Positions 26,561-38,648 of a DNA stretch of 64,000 bases are shown one piece after another. Position numbers and translations under genes: made by a program. The stretch is from positions 66,030,001-66,094,000 of the forward strand of contig NC_042999.1 in the NCBI RefSeq assembly GCF_006345805.1. Reading direction: 5' to 3'. The DNA is from Octopus sinensis. Lineage: Eukaryota. Positions within the stretch are counted from its first letter, which is position 1. Every line of letters begins with the position of its first letter. The notes under the pieces were generated by a model. That model saw only the letters and a list, made by a program, of their open reading frames with translations, did no database searches and was not told the origin of the DNA.

Positions 26561-27741
26561 CCTGATGTACATCCTTCGTGTCAGCTTCACTTAACATACA
26601 TTTCCTACAAAAAATGGAGGGAAAAACACAGATCCACTTGACAATGTGATCTTAAATACATGTAAATAACAAAAGAAGAAACAGAATGGTCATACCTCGA
26701 ATTCCTTTTTGATAATCGGTCTGCAATAACAATAGCAACAATATTCATCAACGTTGACGACAACTACGATTATGAAAGTTTTGTCTTCATTACATAGACC
26801 CAGAAAGCTAAATCTATCTCCAAATACGTGCAATTAACAAAATAGCTTAGACAGGTGACTAACCTTATTCTATTGAATTTGGAAGATTCACTGATGTTCG
26901 TCTTCTATTTATCTGAAACGAAAACGAGCTAGCATATATGACATGAAAATTGACTGCCAGCAGAAATCTCAACTTGATATTTCTAAGAGCCGGGTTATTT
27001 ATCTATTATTCTACAGCGGCAATTAATTGCTTTCTACATCTAACAATAACGAGATAGATTTTCTGTGAATTAGTGTTGATGTGTATTAATAATAGATTTT
27101 ATCAGAACCACAAGGACACCCATTTCTGTGAAATAAGCGATCGATAATATCGATCACAGTACTTGAAATGTATTTATTTTATCGACACCGGAAGGATAAA
27201 CGGTAAAGTCGATTTTGAATTTGATCTTAGAAAGGAAAGCAACGAAGTTAAATTACAAAAAGACATTTTCTCTGGCGATTTACTGACTTTCCAATATGGC
27301 GTATTAGCAGAATCGTTAGAGCGTAAAACCAAATGGCTTGCGGTGTTTGTTCCGTTTCTCTGCTCTCCTTTTTTCCAAATCCTGCTGAAAACAGTTTTAT
27401 CTTTCATCTTCTCAGGGTCGATACCTTAGGTTAGCAACCCAGGGCGAAGGAAGTAATTTGTAGCGTTTCTTAGGAATCTTGCAGTTGTAAATACTTTCAT
27501 AAGGTATTGTTAAATCGGGTGAATTAATTCGCACACCCGATTTAACAACTTAATTTTAGCAGAGTTCTTTATGCTGTAAGCATTCAGGGCCACATCCATT
27601 GTCTGAGGATACCCTTCTTCCTACAATTCAAATGTCTTGGACGCCCTGAAACAAAAGTGTATCATGAGCGGTTGGATATCCATCCATCACTTAATAGCAA
27701 AGCTGTGTAATTTCGTTCTGTATATTATAATTATTGATTAC

Positions 27742-27944
27742 TCTACTTGTTTTAGTCATTTGAATGTGGCCACGCTGGAGCACCGCCTTTAGTCGAGCAA
27801 GTCGACTCCAGGTCTTATTCTTTGTTAGCCTAGTACTTATTCTATCGGTCTCTTTTGCTGAACCGCTAAGTTACGGGGTCGTAAACATACCAGCATCGGT
27901 TGTCAAGCGATGTTGGAGGGGACAAACACAGACACAAAAACATA

Positions 27945-28025
<81 letters not shown>

Positions 28026-28121
28026 CGTATATACGACATGCTTCTTTCAGTTTCCATCTACCACGTCCATTCACAAGGCTTTGGTCGGCCCGAAGTGCCA
28101 CGCAGTGGGACGGAAGCTACT
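27742..28121 (-). mobile_element. family C SINE with deleted head
   Basis: Complete 3' tail and body, internal CA/TA repeat, head partly deleted. Confidence 0.85.
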
Positions 28122-28199
28122 TTATTTCATAAATATTTGCCATGAAGGCATTACAAAGAGGGGACGAACAAGGACAAACATAAAAGAGTGAAGAAGCTG

Positions 28200-29950
28200 T
28201 AGCGATTAGATATTTACCATTTAAAAATACAATAATTTAATAAATATGTTTATAACTTTTGACTTAAGCGTTGCTCATTACAAATGAAATTTGTAATAGC
28301 TTCTCTGAAGGATAGACATCCGCCCCCCAGGGTGGATCCCTTGCCTTTTCTTTCCTGTTTTTGGCTTCCACTTACTTGGTGCCAAACACTCCCAGCTTTC
28401 TTGCCACAGGCTTCCATCTTCTCATGAATCTGTCTCGTGACGGGTACCTTTTCTCCAGCCTGATCATATTACTGAGGTGGTAACTAAAAAAAGTTAACCA
28501 ATCCCTGGCCGGATACAAAGGTACCCGACACTATGCCTCTCACACGCGTCTTCCATACTGTTTCTTTCAGTATGGCTACTACGCAGAAAAAGCAAGCCTT
28601 CCTTTCCCTGTTAAGGGAAGGCGGTGGCACAATCTCGATGATAGATTCAGCTGATAACTATACTCTTGCCGCCGATGACAACAGTTGCTCTGCGAAAAAT
28701 ATCAGTTTCGTTAATTCCGGGCATTCCACAAATGCGTGCAAGACGGTTTCTCTGTCCTGCCCGCACCTCGGACATGTCAGCGAGACAGCACCTCCGTGCC
28801 TTGACAGTATATCACGAACGAGTAATGCCACACGGAAGCACTGCCAAGCCAGAAATTTCTGATAGTTTTCCAGATACCCCGGCCCAAAAGTTCACCGGAA
28901 CAGGTTGATTAACTGATTTCATCGTAGCCCAGGATCTCTCCCACTAAACAACTATAGAAATCTGCAGTGGAACTACTATTGCCGGCATTGCCCGCCCGAG
29001 AGAGTAGCTGAAGTGCCTGGCGGCACTCCAATTGCCAGACCCCAGCCTAGGTCGCTGCTAGATCCAATTACCAATGTCCGTTATGGAGGTTAATTGCGGA
29101 AGGTAGAACCGAGCGTGCGGTGACCTCACCTGCTCTCCATCTAGGTAAAGCCAGAGGTGCCTCAACCTTAACGCGAATTTTCGCATCCTCAGCCACGGCA
29201 TCCCTAGCCTACCCTTCAGCGGTTTCTGGCAGCAGACAGAGCGCTTCACAAGTAGCTTTCCTCTCTTCCACAAAAAGCGGAAAAGAATTCTCTCCAACTT
29301 GTTCAGCCACAAATCGGGGCAAGGCACCGCGGTCAGACGGTAGGTGATAAATGATGCTATAAACATCTGCACCACCTCCGCCTTTCCTAGCAAGGATAAT
29401 ACCCGCCCAGACCAGGTCTGGGTTAGAGCAGTCACCTTCCTAGCAACTTCTCTCCAATTTTTCTCTATCTGGAGTGATAAATATACAGTTTCCCCAAAAC
29501 GGGAAACCTATAATTTTTTTTTCGTCGCAAGGACAACAGTTCAAATCTCACCCGCGCTAGGGGCGGGTGCCATAAAAGAGCCTACAACGGCTAAAATTTT
29601 ATTTTTCATGCAATAATAAAGTGCTTTTCCCAAAAAACGGGAAACCTATAATATTTTTCCTCTTAATGAGGATAACAGTTCAAATCCCACGCCTGCTGAG
29701 GGGTGAGGGCACAGCAATAAAGCCTACAACGGCTTTAATAAGTTCAATATTAATAATATTAATAAGTTCAATATTAATAATTTCAATATTTCAACAATTA
29801 CTTTCTCCCGTCACCGGCAAAAAGCACAAATATTTTCAAAGCTCAACAGTTCGAAAATATTCAACAATGAACGATTCCAATAGAAAAATTTTCCAACGTT
29901 CAGCAAAACGTTTGACTCACCGCCATAAGAACAAGTCTGTCTACGACAAA
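28200..29950 (-). mobile_element. L1/Tx1-like non-LTR retrotransposon, probably internally deleted
   Basis: ORF2 C-terminal third joined at about 29480 to a non-coding block with a ~140-bp direct repeat (putative 5' UTR). Boundaries approximate. Confidence 0.6.
28390..29478 (-). pseudogene. L1/Tx1-clade ORF2 C-terminal region with CCHC finger
   Basis: WSGRVLSLLGKAEVV...LERILFRFLW...GRLGMP and CPRCGQDRETVLHAFVEC. Several stops. Confidence 0.9.
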
Positions 29951-30867
29951 GATAAGCATGCTACTTACCACACAGCCACTCCTATGACTATTCTTACCAC
30001 ACAGTCACTCCTACGCCTATAGAGGATAAACTGACAAAATCAAGGTTTGAACTCAGAGAATTGAGAGCCTGTATGAATACTACGCTAGACCCAATCCACT
30101 TCTCTAACTAATCGATCAAAATAATTTCAAAGTGGAAAAATATTTTACTGAACACTTTGAAAACTTCCTGCTTATTAGCTTATATCACCGTCGATGATAT
30201 ATTTCATACGTTAAAAATGCGTTTCTTCAAAGAGTCTAACATATTTGTGGAGCAGCTGTAGAGATTTATTATTATATTATTTATGCATTCAATTTTTACT
30301 ATGACAACATCATTCCTAGGATTATAAACAAATATACGATCCATGTAATGGGAATTTCAATCCATATAGAACGACGAGTACTAATGCAGCAAGTCCTTTA
30401 CCCTTCATTTTCTAACATTTTTACGAAACCAAATAACACGATTTAAAACGAGAAAAATAAATATAAAATAGAATAAAATACTCAAATAGATTTCTATATG
30501 GATAATATTATTGATCAGAATCCGACTCAAAGTTTTCAATAGATTTTGTAAATTTCTATAATGAATCATTTTAAAAATACGTTTATAGTCAACATAACGG
30601 TTATAAAGTCGGGCTTCAATACAAAGTTGCTGATAATAAAGGAAAATTTTAAATACATATAGAAAATATACAAAAATGTCTTCTCGATAATATTATAAAA
30701 GTAGCATTTGAAATGTTGCTTTGACTCAGATAAAGAACATAAATATCATCGATTCGGAGCACAACAGCCACGGTACACGGAGATGCATATGTTTCATTGT
30801 GATGATATAATCAAAAAAATGTTGCAAGTGAGAATAACACATCTTCAATATAAAAATTTATGTATAT

Positions 30868-30981
30868 ATATAGATACATATATATACTATATATATATAT
30901 GTATATATATGTATGTATATATATATAACATAAATATATATACGTATATATATACATGCATATATATACATATATATATAC

Positions 30982-31044
<63 letters not shown>

Positions 31045-31132
31045 CATACATATATATATATATATATATACATATCTATATATATACATATATATATACA
31101 TACATATATATATATACATATATATACATATA

Positions 31133-31229
<97 letters not shown>

Positions 31230-31480
31230 CATATATATATAATACATATATATATATATATAATATATATATACATATCTATATATACATATATATACAT
31301 ATATATATATATACCATATATATATACATATATACACACATATATATATACATATATATATATATACATATGTACATATATATATATACATATATATACA
31401 TATACATATATACATATACATATATTAATATATATATATACATATACATATATATATATACATACATATATATACATATA
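30868..31480. repeat. (TA)n/(TATACA)n microsatellite
   Basis: Direct inspection. Confidence 0.95.
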
Positions 31481-32666
31481 TGTCAAGATGGCGCTGAACT
31501 AACAACAAGTGTGTTAACGTGTCTCTCCTAAATATTAAAGAAGTCCTTCCAGAGATCGATGTTATCAGAAGCGAAATTGTCTGCAAAGCGAATATAAGTG
31601 ATAGTACAACAAGTCACTGTATTTGAGAAGAATATTTTCGCTTTTGATGTAGTATTTGCAACTAGAACATACTCGCGAATACACGTGTTAAAACGCACGT
31701 GTGTTACTTCCCGAAATCGAAGTGAATTTTATTCTTCGTCTGTGAATCAACAAGACACAGTAATTTTGAGAAGGATATTTTCGTTTTTGATGTATATCTG
31801 CGTGTTCTGAAAAAAGCCTCTGAAAAATTTGCTGCTTAATACCAAATCGCTTAGGAAAATACAGAAAGTATTGTGAAACTGTTGCATGTGCTAAATCGAA
31901 ACTCAAACCCCTTTTGTTTACAAAGTGCGCTTGGGGAGGAATATAAAAGGTCTGTCTTGTCTATCTATCTTCCTTTCTTATAAAAAGGAATCACGTAAGT
32001 ACTCTCTCAGCCGGTAAGGTAAGATATTATTTATTTTGTTATCATTAGTGTTCTTTCAAACAGAAAATAATTTAAAAAAAAAAAAAAATATAAAAATATA
32101 AAAATACGCGGTATTCTATCTTTATAATCTTTATAATTTCGTCCTCCGTGCCTGCCACGCACTCTCTCTTTCTCTTTTTTACATTTCTATTTCTATCTCT
32201 CTCATACATTTTTATTATTTGTTATCATTAGTGTTCTTTCAAACAGAAAATAATAATTAAAAAGATATAAAAATACGCGCTATTCTATCTTTATAATCTC
32301 TCCCTCTCTTTCTTACATTTCTATTTCTATCTCTCTCATACTGTTTATACCTTATCTGTCTCCCCATCCACCGTTTTATCTCTCCGCCTTTCTTCTCCCT
32401 GCTCCCCCTAGGGTCCACCCTCTTGTCTCACTTTTCCACCCTGTCCCTTTCTACTACACCTCTATCCCGCTCACTCTCCCCCTGCTGACCTGCCATTCTT
32501 TCACCTTTCTCTTTTTTCCCTCTTATTTTCTCTCTTTCTCTCTTCTCTCAGGACAATCCCCTCGTCCTCTCTCTATCCCACCCCTGGCTTTTCTCCTTTC
32601 TCTTCTCCCTCTCCATATATCTCCTTCTCTATCTCTCTCTCTGTTCCTATATTTCACTAGAAGAAA

Positions 32667-33559
32667 ATGGCAAGAAACTGGTCTGCGAGAGAGGTGCAAT
32701 TGTTCGTCCGCGCTTGGAGGATCGCTGAGGACGACTCGCCGAACGACATTATTGCTGCGGCGCTGAAAAGCAACAATTTTTCGAGAACCACCGCCCAGAT
32801 AGAGCGAAAGAAGAGAGAAGTTATCCGTTCGTACGCTCTAATCAGGCAACATGTGGACACCCTGGACATCATCCTGGGAGGTGACGGCAGCAGGGAGGGC
32901 CAAAAGGATGAGGAAAGCATCCAGAGCCAAATGGAGAAGCCTGGAACACAGGGAAACGATGACACATGTCCAGCTCCCAACACCACAACTGAAGACCAAA
33001 GAGGTGCGATGGCCGCAAGAAAGGAAAGGCACTCTGGAATTGATGGGAAGCAGAGGTAAAGGTGACAGAATCAAGGCTAAAGGAAGCCCTGTCCAGAGAA
33101 AGCAGAGGGACCCCAGCAAAAACTGTAAGGGCAGGGAAAGAAACACCTGCAAATTCTACCTGAGGGGGGACTGCTGGTACGGCGTTGAAGGTGCAAACTG
33201 TCGCTTTGCACATCGAGGCCCTACCAAAACCGCACGGACGCGAGACAGAGGTCCCTCCCTCAGGGAGAACAAAAACAAAAAGTTAAAAAAGGGAAAAAAG
33301 CGCACTGACCACTACTGAAAGACGGTATGGCAGATGTGGTGCGCGGAAACCCAACAGGTGGCCAGCTTCACCAGATGTGAGAAGGGCGGCAGCTGAACAG
33401 CAGTCTTTTTTGTGCATGGCACAAAAAATTGTTCAGCAGCTGACCTGGCTACAAGCACAAAGCTGGAACTACCACCACATAAGGCCACCTCCACAGATGC
33501 AGGATGGCCACCACAGACACCAACAACCAACACACACACCACAAAAATATTTCTACTGA
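32667..33559 (+). pseudogene. LINE ORF1 with N-terminal Myb/SANT-like domain, CCCH zinc finger and Q/P-rich end
   Basis: WSAREVQLFVRAW...IAAALKSNNFSRTTAQIERK and CKFYLRGDCWYGVEGANCRFAH. At least 2 frameshifts. Confidence 0.7.
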
Positions 33560-36500
33560 AGTAGGAGGGCTGCTGCGCGGAAACTGTAAAAAGAAATTTC
33601 ATTCCTGAGAGACCTTGTGACATGCAATCAAGCTATATGCATGGCACTCACAGAAACGCATCTTGAACCCGATATAGGTGATGCAGAAATACACATGCCG
33701 CAATATGCAGTCATACGCACAGATACAAAAGGGAGGAGCCATGGTGGAGTTGCAATGTACATCCGAGATGACCTCACGCCCCAGGTCCTGCTGTCATATT
33801 CAAACTCAGTATGTGAAACTCAAATTGTACACATAAGACAACTGAATATCGTCATATGCACTACATATCGCCCACCAGACGCCCCAAAACACTCAGGCAT
33901 GTTTGAAGACTGCCTAACAAAAATAGGAGAAGTCCTCACCAACCTTGAACAGCACAACAGTGTATTCTTTATGGGTGACTTTAACCTCCCCAATGTGGAA
34001 TGGCCTGGGGGGCAGATGCTCCCAGGGATGACACACCATCAGCAGGCACAGGTGGAGTCCCTGCTGCATCTCACAAATACCTCTTTCATGGAGCAAATAG
34101 TTCTGCAACCAACAAGGGCAGATAATATACTGGATCTCTGCTTCACAAACAATATGGATATTATCCATAATGTTAATGTGATGCCGACAATGATCTCGGA
34201 TCACAACATAATAGAGCTGTCTATGTATGGAACAAAAGTCCCCGCAGACACACAGCCTATACGAAGCACCCACCATCTCTCCAACTTAAACTTTCATAAA
34301 GCCAACTGGAAGTCGATTGAGAAAGAGATCCTCAAACAGGATTGGCCTGAATGTCTCTCCACACCGGACATAAACATGAAACACAAACACTTCATGTCCA
34401 TAATACAAGCCATATGTGACAAATATGTCCCAATGTGCAGGGCCAGCACACACAAGAACAAAACAGGATCCCTAGAGAAAGGAGGATCTTATGAGACGAC
34501 GGACAAGGATTGCAAACCGCCTGAGCAAGCACACCAAAAGTGGTGAGAAGTGTCGGCTCGAAAGAATGCTAATGGAAACTGAGAAAAGTCTACATCAGTC
34601 CCATGAAAAGGAGAGAGCAGATAAAGAAGCTTGGGTAATAGAAAATATAAAATCAAACCTAAAGCTTTCTTTAAGTTTGCCAAAGAGACAGCCACAGTGC
34701 ACCAGAGAATAGGACCTCTCTTCCAAAAAGATGGCTCTCTCACAGGAAATCCCACGAGGATAAGTGAAATACTGAACGAACAGTTCCAAAGTGTGTTCAC
34801 TACACCTCTAGGACACAGGCAAGTAAACAACCCAGAAGAATTCTTTGCCACTTTACCAGCGGCCAAGAGACAAAAATTGAGTACATCAACATCGAAGAAG
34901 ATGATATCACACTAGCCATTGATGAGATTGACACAAACTCAGCTGCTGGACCTGATGGATTCCCAGCGATCCTTCTCAAATCGTGCAAACGAGCCCTTGC
35001 AAAACCGCTACAGCTTCTTTTTCAGAGCTTTCTTGCAAGTGGTAAGCTCCCAGTCAAACTGAAAGAGGGTGTAATATGCCCTATCCATAAGGGAGGTAGC
35101 AGAGCAGATGCTAAAAATTATAGGCCTATCTCTACCTCACACATCAGCAAAGTCATGGAACGAATAGTCCGTAAGAAACTAATCATGTTCCTTGAAGAAA
35201 ATGACTTACTGTCTGACACCCAGCATGGATTTCGACCAGGTAGAGGCTGCCTAACACAGCTCCTGCAACACTATTACTGGGTGTTGAAACAGCTACTAAA
35301 TGGCTCAAATGTGGATGTAATATATCTTGACTTTTCAAAAGCCTTTGATAAAGTCGACCATGGTATGATCTGTCACAAACTGCGTGGTCTCGGCATAGGC
35401 GGGAAACTTGGAGAGTGGCTGCACAACTTCCTAAAAGACAGAAAACAGGCAGTGTGAGCAATGGAGCCACCTCCAGGGAAACGCAAATAACAAGCGGTGT
35501 CCCACAGGCACTGTCTTGGGGCCACTGATGTTCATAGTGGCCCTTTCAGACATGCCTTCAGTTGCTACGATGACCACCCTTGCTAGCTATGCAGATGACA
35601 CAAAAGTCTCCCACGCAATACAAAACCCTGAAAATATTGTGCATCTGCAACATGAGCTGGAAACAATATACAGGTGGGCTGAGGACAACAACATGCAGTT
35701 TAATGCAGGTAAGTTCCAGGCCCTGCGCTACTGGCACACAAAGGTAAATGACGTGAAGACTGGATACACTGGCCCAGGAAGAATTGCAATCCCTGAGTCA
35801 AAATCAGTGCGTGACCTGGGCATTGACATGAGCAATGATGCATCTTCCAAATGCATATTGCTAATCTGGTGATAAAATGCAGACGGCTAGCTGGATGGAT
35901 TCTCCGAACTTTCAGAACAAGAGAGAAGGAGACACTGATGGTCCTATGGAAAACATTTGTCCTCAGCCGCTTGGACTACTGCTCCCAACTTTGGTCACCA
36001 CACAATATAAAACAAACAGCAGAACTCGAAGCAACTCAGAGAAGCTACACAAAGAAAATCGTCTCAATGCAAAATGTCAGCTACTGGGAAAGACTGAAGG
36101 TATTAAACCTCTTCTCCCTGGAGCGGAGGCGGGAGAGATATGCAGTGATATACATCTGGAAAATCCTGGAGGGTCTTGTCCCAAACTTTGCATTCAAAGT
36201 TACTCCCCCGCAGAACGGGGCGCCGCTGCGTGGTACCAAGGATTCCAACATCACCATCAAAATACAGGTCCAGATACTGCAACAGCTTGGGTTTCAGAGG
36301 ACCACAGCTCTTTAACATCCTCCCTAAATGCCTGAGAGACTTACATGGTGTGGATGTGGGTTTCTTTAAAACAACTAAACTGGATCTCTTCTTGTTGGGA
36401 GTCCCAGATGAACCTACCTCACGACAGGAGACACGGATGCGGGCAGCAGCATCGAACTCCCTTGTTGATCAAGTGCCACGTATCAGAGGTGGATTCACAA

Positions 36501-36574
36501 CTAGTGTAGCTCATTCAGCGGTGGTGCCCCAGCATGGCCGCGGCCTTCGGGCTAAAACATTTTTAAGGATTTAA
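33540..36574 (+). pseudogene. LINE ORF2 (APE endonuclease plus reverse transcriptase)
   Basis: LTETHL, YRPP, GDFNLP, LDL, SDH (APE). GPDG, NYRPIS, QHGFR, YLDFSKAFDKV, SGVPQ, YADD (RT). RLDYCSQLWSP and LFSLERRR (CR1-like C-terminus). Confidence 0.95.
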
Positions 36575-36617
36575 GGATTTATATATACATACATATATAT
36601 ACATATATATACATACA

Positions 36618-36672
<55 letters not shown>

Positions 36673-36972
36673 ATACATATATATACATACATACTTATAT
36701 ATACATACATATATATACATACATACTTATATATACATATATATACATATATATATATACATATATATATATACATACATATGTATATGTATATATGTAT
36801 ATATATGTATATATATATGTATATGTATATATATACATATATACATATACATATACATATATATACATATATACATATACATATATATATACATATATAT
36901 ACATATACATGTATATACATATACATGTATATACATATACATATACATGTATATACATATATATATATATAC

Positions 36973-36974
<2 letters not shown>

Positions 36975-37010
<36 letters not shown>

Positions 37011-37790
37011 CTAGTTTCAGCTTATGAGCTGTGGCCATGCTGGGTCACCGCCATTTGGTGTTGCTACTTGGTTTCACTTCACGAAAGCTTTCTAGCAACT
37101 GCCATTTGGTGCATGAGAGAGTTCGATGCAGCTGCCCTCATCTGCCCCTCCTGCCGTGAAGTTAGTTCAGCTGGGACACCTGACAGGAAGATCCAGCTTC
37201 ATTTTAAAGACATCTGCATCCACCCCATGCAGGTCTCTCAGGTTCGTCGGGAGGATATTGAAGAGCTGTGGGCCTCGAAGCCCAGGCTATCACAGAATCT
37301 TGTCCTACATCTTGATGGCAAGTTTGGAGTCCTAGGCACCACGCAGTGGCGCCCAGTTCTGGCATTTGCGTAACTCTCGATGCCAAAGTTCAGGACACGT
37401 CCCTCCAGGATCTTCCAGATGTATATTATGGCATATCTTTCCCGCCTACGCTCCAGGGAATATAGTTTTAATCTCTTGAGTCTTTCCCAGTAGCTTACAT
37501 TCTGCATAGAGGCTATCTTCTTCGTGTAGCTACGTTGGATCGCCTCGTGCTCTGTGATCAACTTGACACTGGATGGTGACCATAACTGAGAGCAGTAGTC
37601 AAAGTGGTTTAGGACAAGTGTCCTCCAGAGGACCATCATGGTTTCTTGTTCTCTTGTTCTAAAGGTTCTGAGGATCCATCCGGCCAGTCGTCTACATTTC
37701 ATTGCCAATTTAGCAACATGTACACGAAAGGTCGCGTCATCACTCATGTAAATACCTAGGTCACGCACTGATTGAGCCTCTGGGATTGCT
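36975..37790 (-). mobile_element. 5'-truncated relative of the same CR1-like LINE with (AATC)n tail
   Basis: IAIPEAQSVRDLG...FDYCSQLWSP...LYSLERRRERY. Tail-to-tail with the first copy. Confidence 0.92.
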
Positions 37791-37872
37791 ATACACACAT
37801 ATATATATATATATACACACATATATATATATATATATACATATATATATACACACACATATATATATATAC

Positions 37873-37914
<42 letters not shown>

Positions 37915-37916
<2 letters not shown>

Positions 37917-38110
37917 TAATCCAAACAAGAAAACACAGAAAAAAAACACAGCAACGCGAGGACGTGGAACAATTAAAGTATTATTTAACGCTCAGGAAAG
38001 AAGGGAAGGAGGGTTTAACGTTTCGAGCGGAGCTCTTCGTCGGAAACAAAGGAGAAGGAAAGATCCCGAGAAGCGAAGACAGAGGAAAAAAATATTTTTG
38101 CTGGTGGTGC
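37915..38110 (-). mobile_element. short PLE-type 3' fragment
   Basis: Carries a minimal hammerhead motif and is flanked by (TA)n. Confidence 0.55.
38013..38047 (-). ncRNA. minimal type I hammerhead motif, all three stems present
   Basis: GUUU-CCGACGA-A-GAGC(UCC)GCUC-GAA-ACGU-U-AAAC. Confidence 0.6.
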
Positions 38111-38139
38111 GCAAGAGATCACATATATATAACTTATAT

Positions 38140-38204
<65 letters not shown>

Positions 38205-38206
38205 CT

Positions 38207-38612
38207 GCAGGAGTGGCTGTGTGGTAAGTAGCTTGCTAACCAACCACATCGTTCCGGGTTCAGTCCCACTGCATAGCATCTTGGGCAAATGTCTTCTGCT
38301 ATAGCTCCGGGCCGACCAATGCCTTGTGAGTGGATTTGGTAGACGGAAACTGAAAGAAGCCAGCCGTATATATGTATATATATATGTGTGTGTGTGTATG
38401 TGTTTGTGTGTCTGTGTTTGTCCCCCTAGCATTGCTTGACAACCGATGCTGGTGTGTTTACGTCCCCGTCACTTAGCGGTTCGGCAAAAGAGACCGATAA
38501 AATAAGTACCGGGCTTACAAAAAATAAGTCCCGGGGTCGATTTGCTCGACTAAAGGCGGTGCTCCAGCATGGCCGCAGTCAATTGACTGAAACAAGTAAA
38601 AGAGAAAAAGAG
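38207..38612 (+). mobile_element. family C SINE, full length
   Basis: tRNA-like head with GGGTTCAGTCCC, CORE-like TCTTGGGCAAATGTCTT, internal microsatellite, 3' tail GGCGGTGCTCCAGCATGGCC. Confidence 0.92.
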
Positions 38613-38615
38613 AGT

Positions 38616-38648
<33 letters not shown>

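Larger units (their letters stand above)
32345..36580 (+). mobile_element. near full-length CR1-like LINE, frameshifted
   Basis: ORF1, APE endonuclease, RT and C-terminal domain in order. 3' end has a short TTAAGGAT tandem tail. 5' boundary uncertain. Confidence 0.92.
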
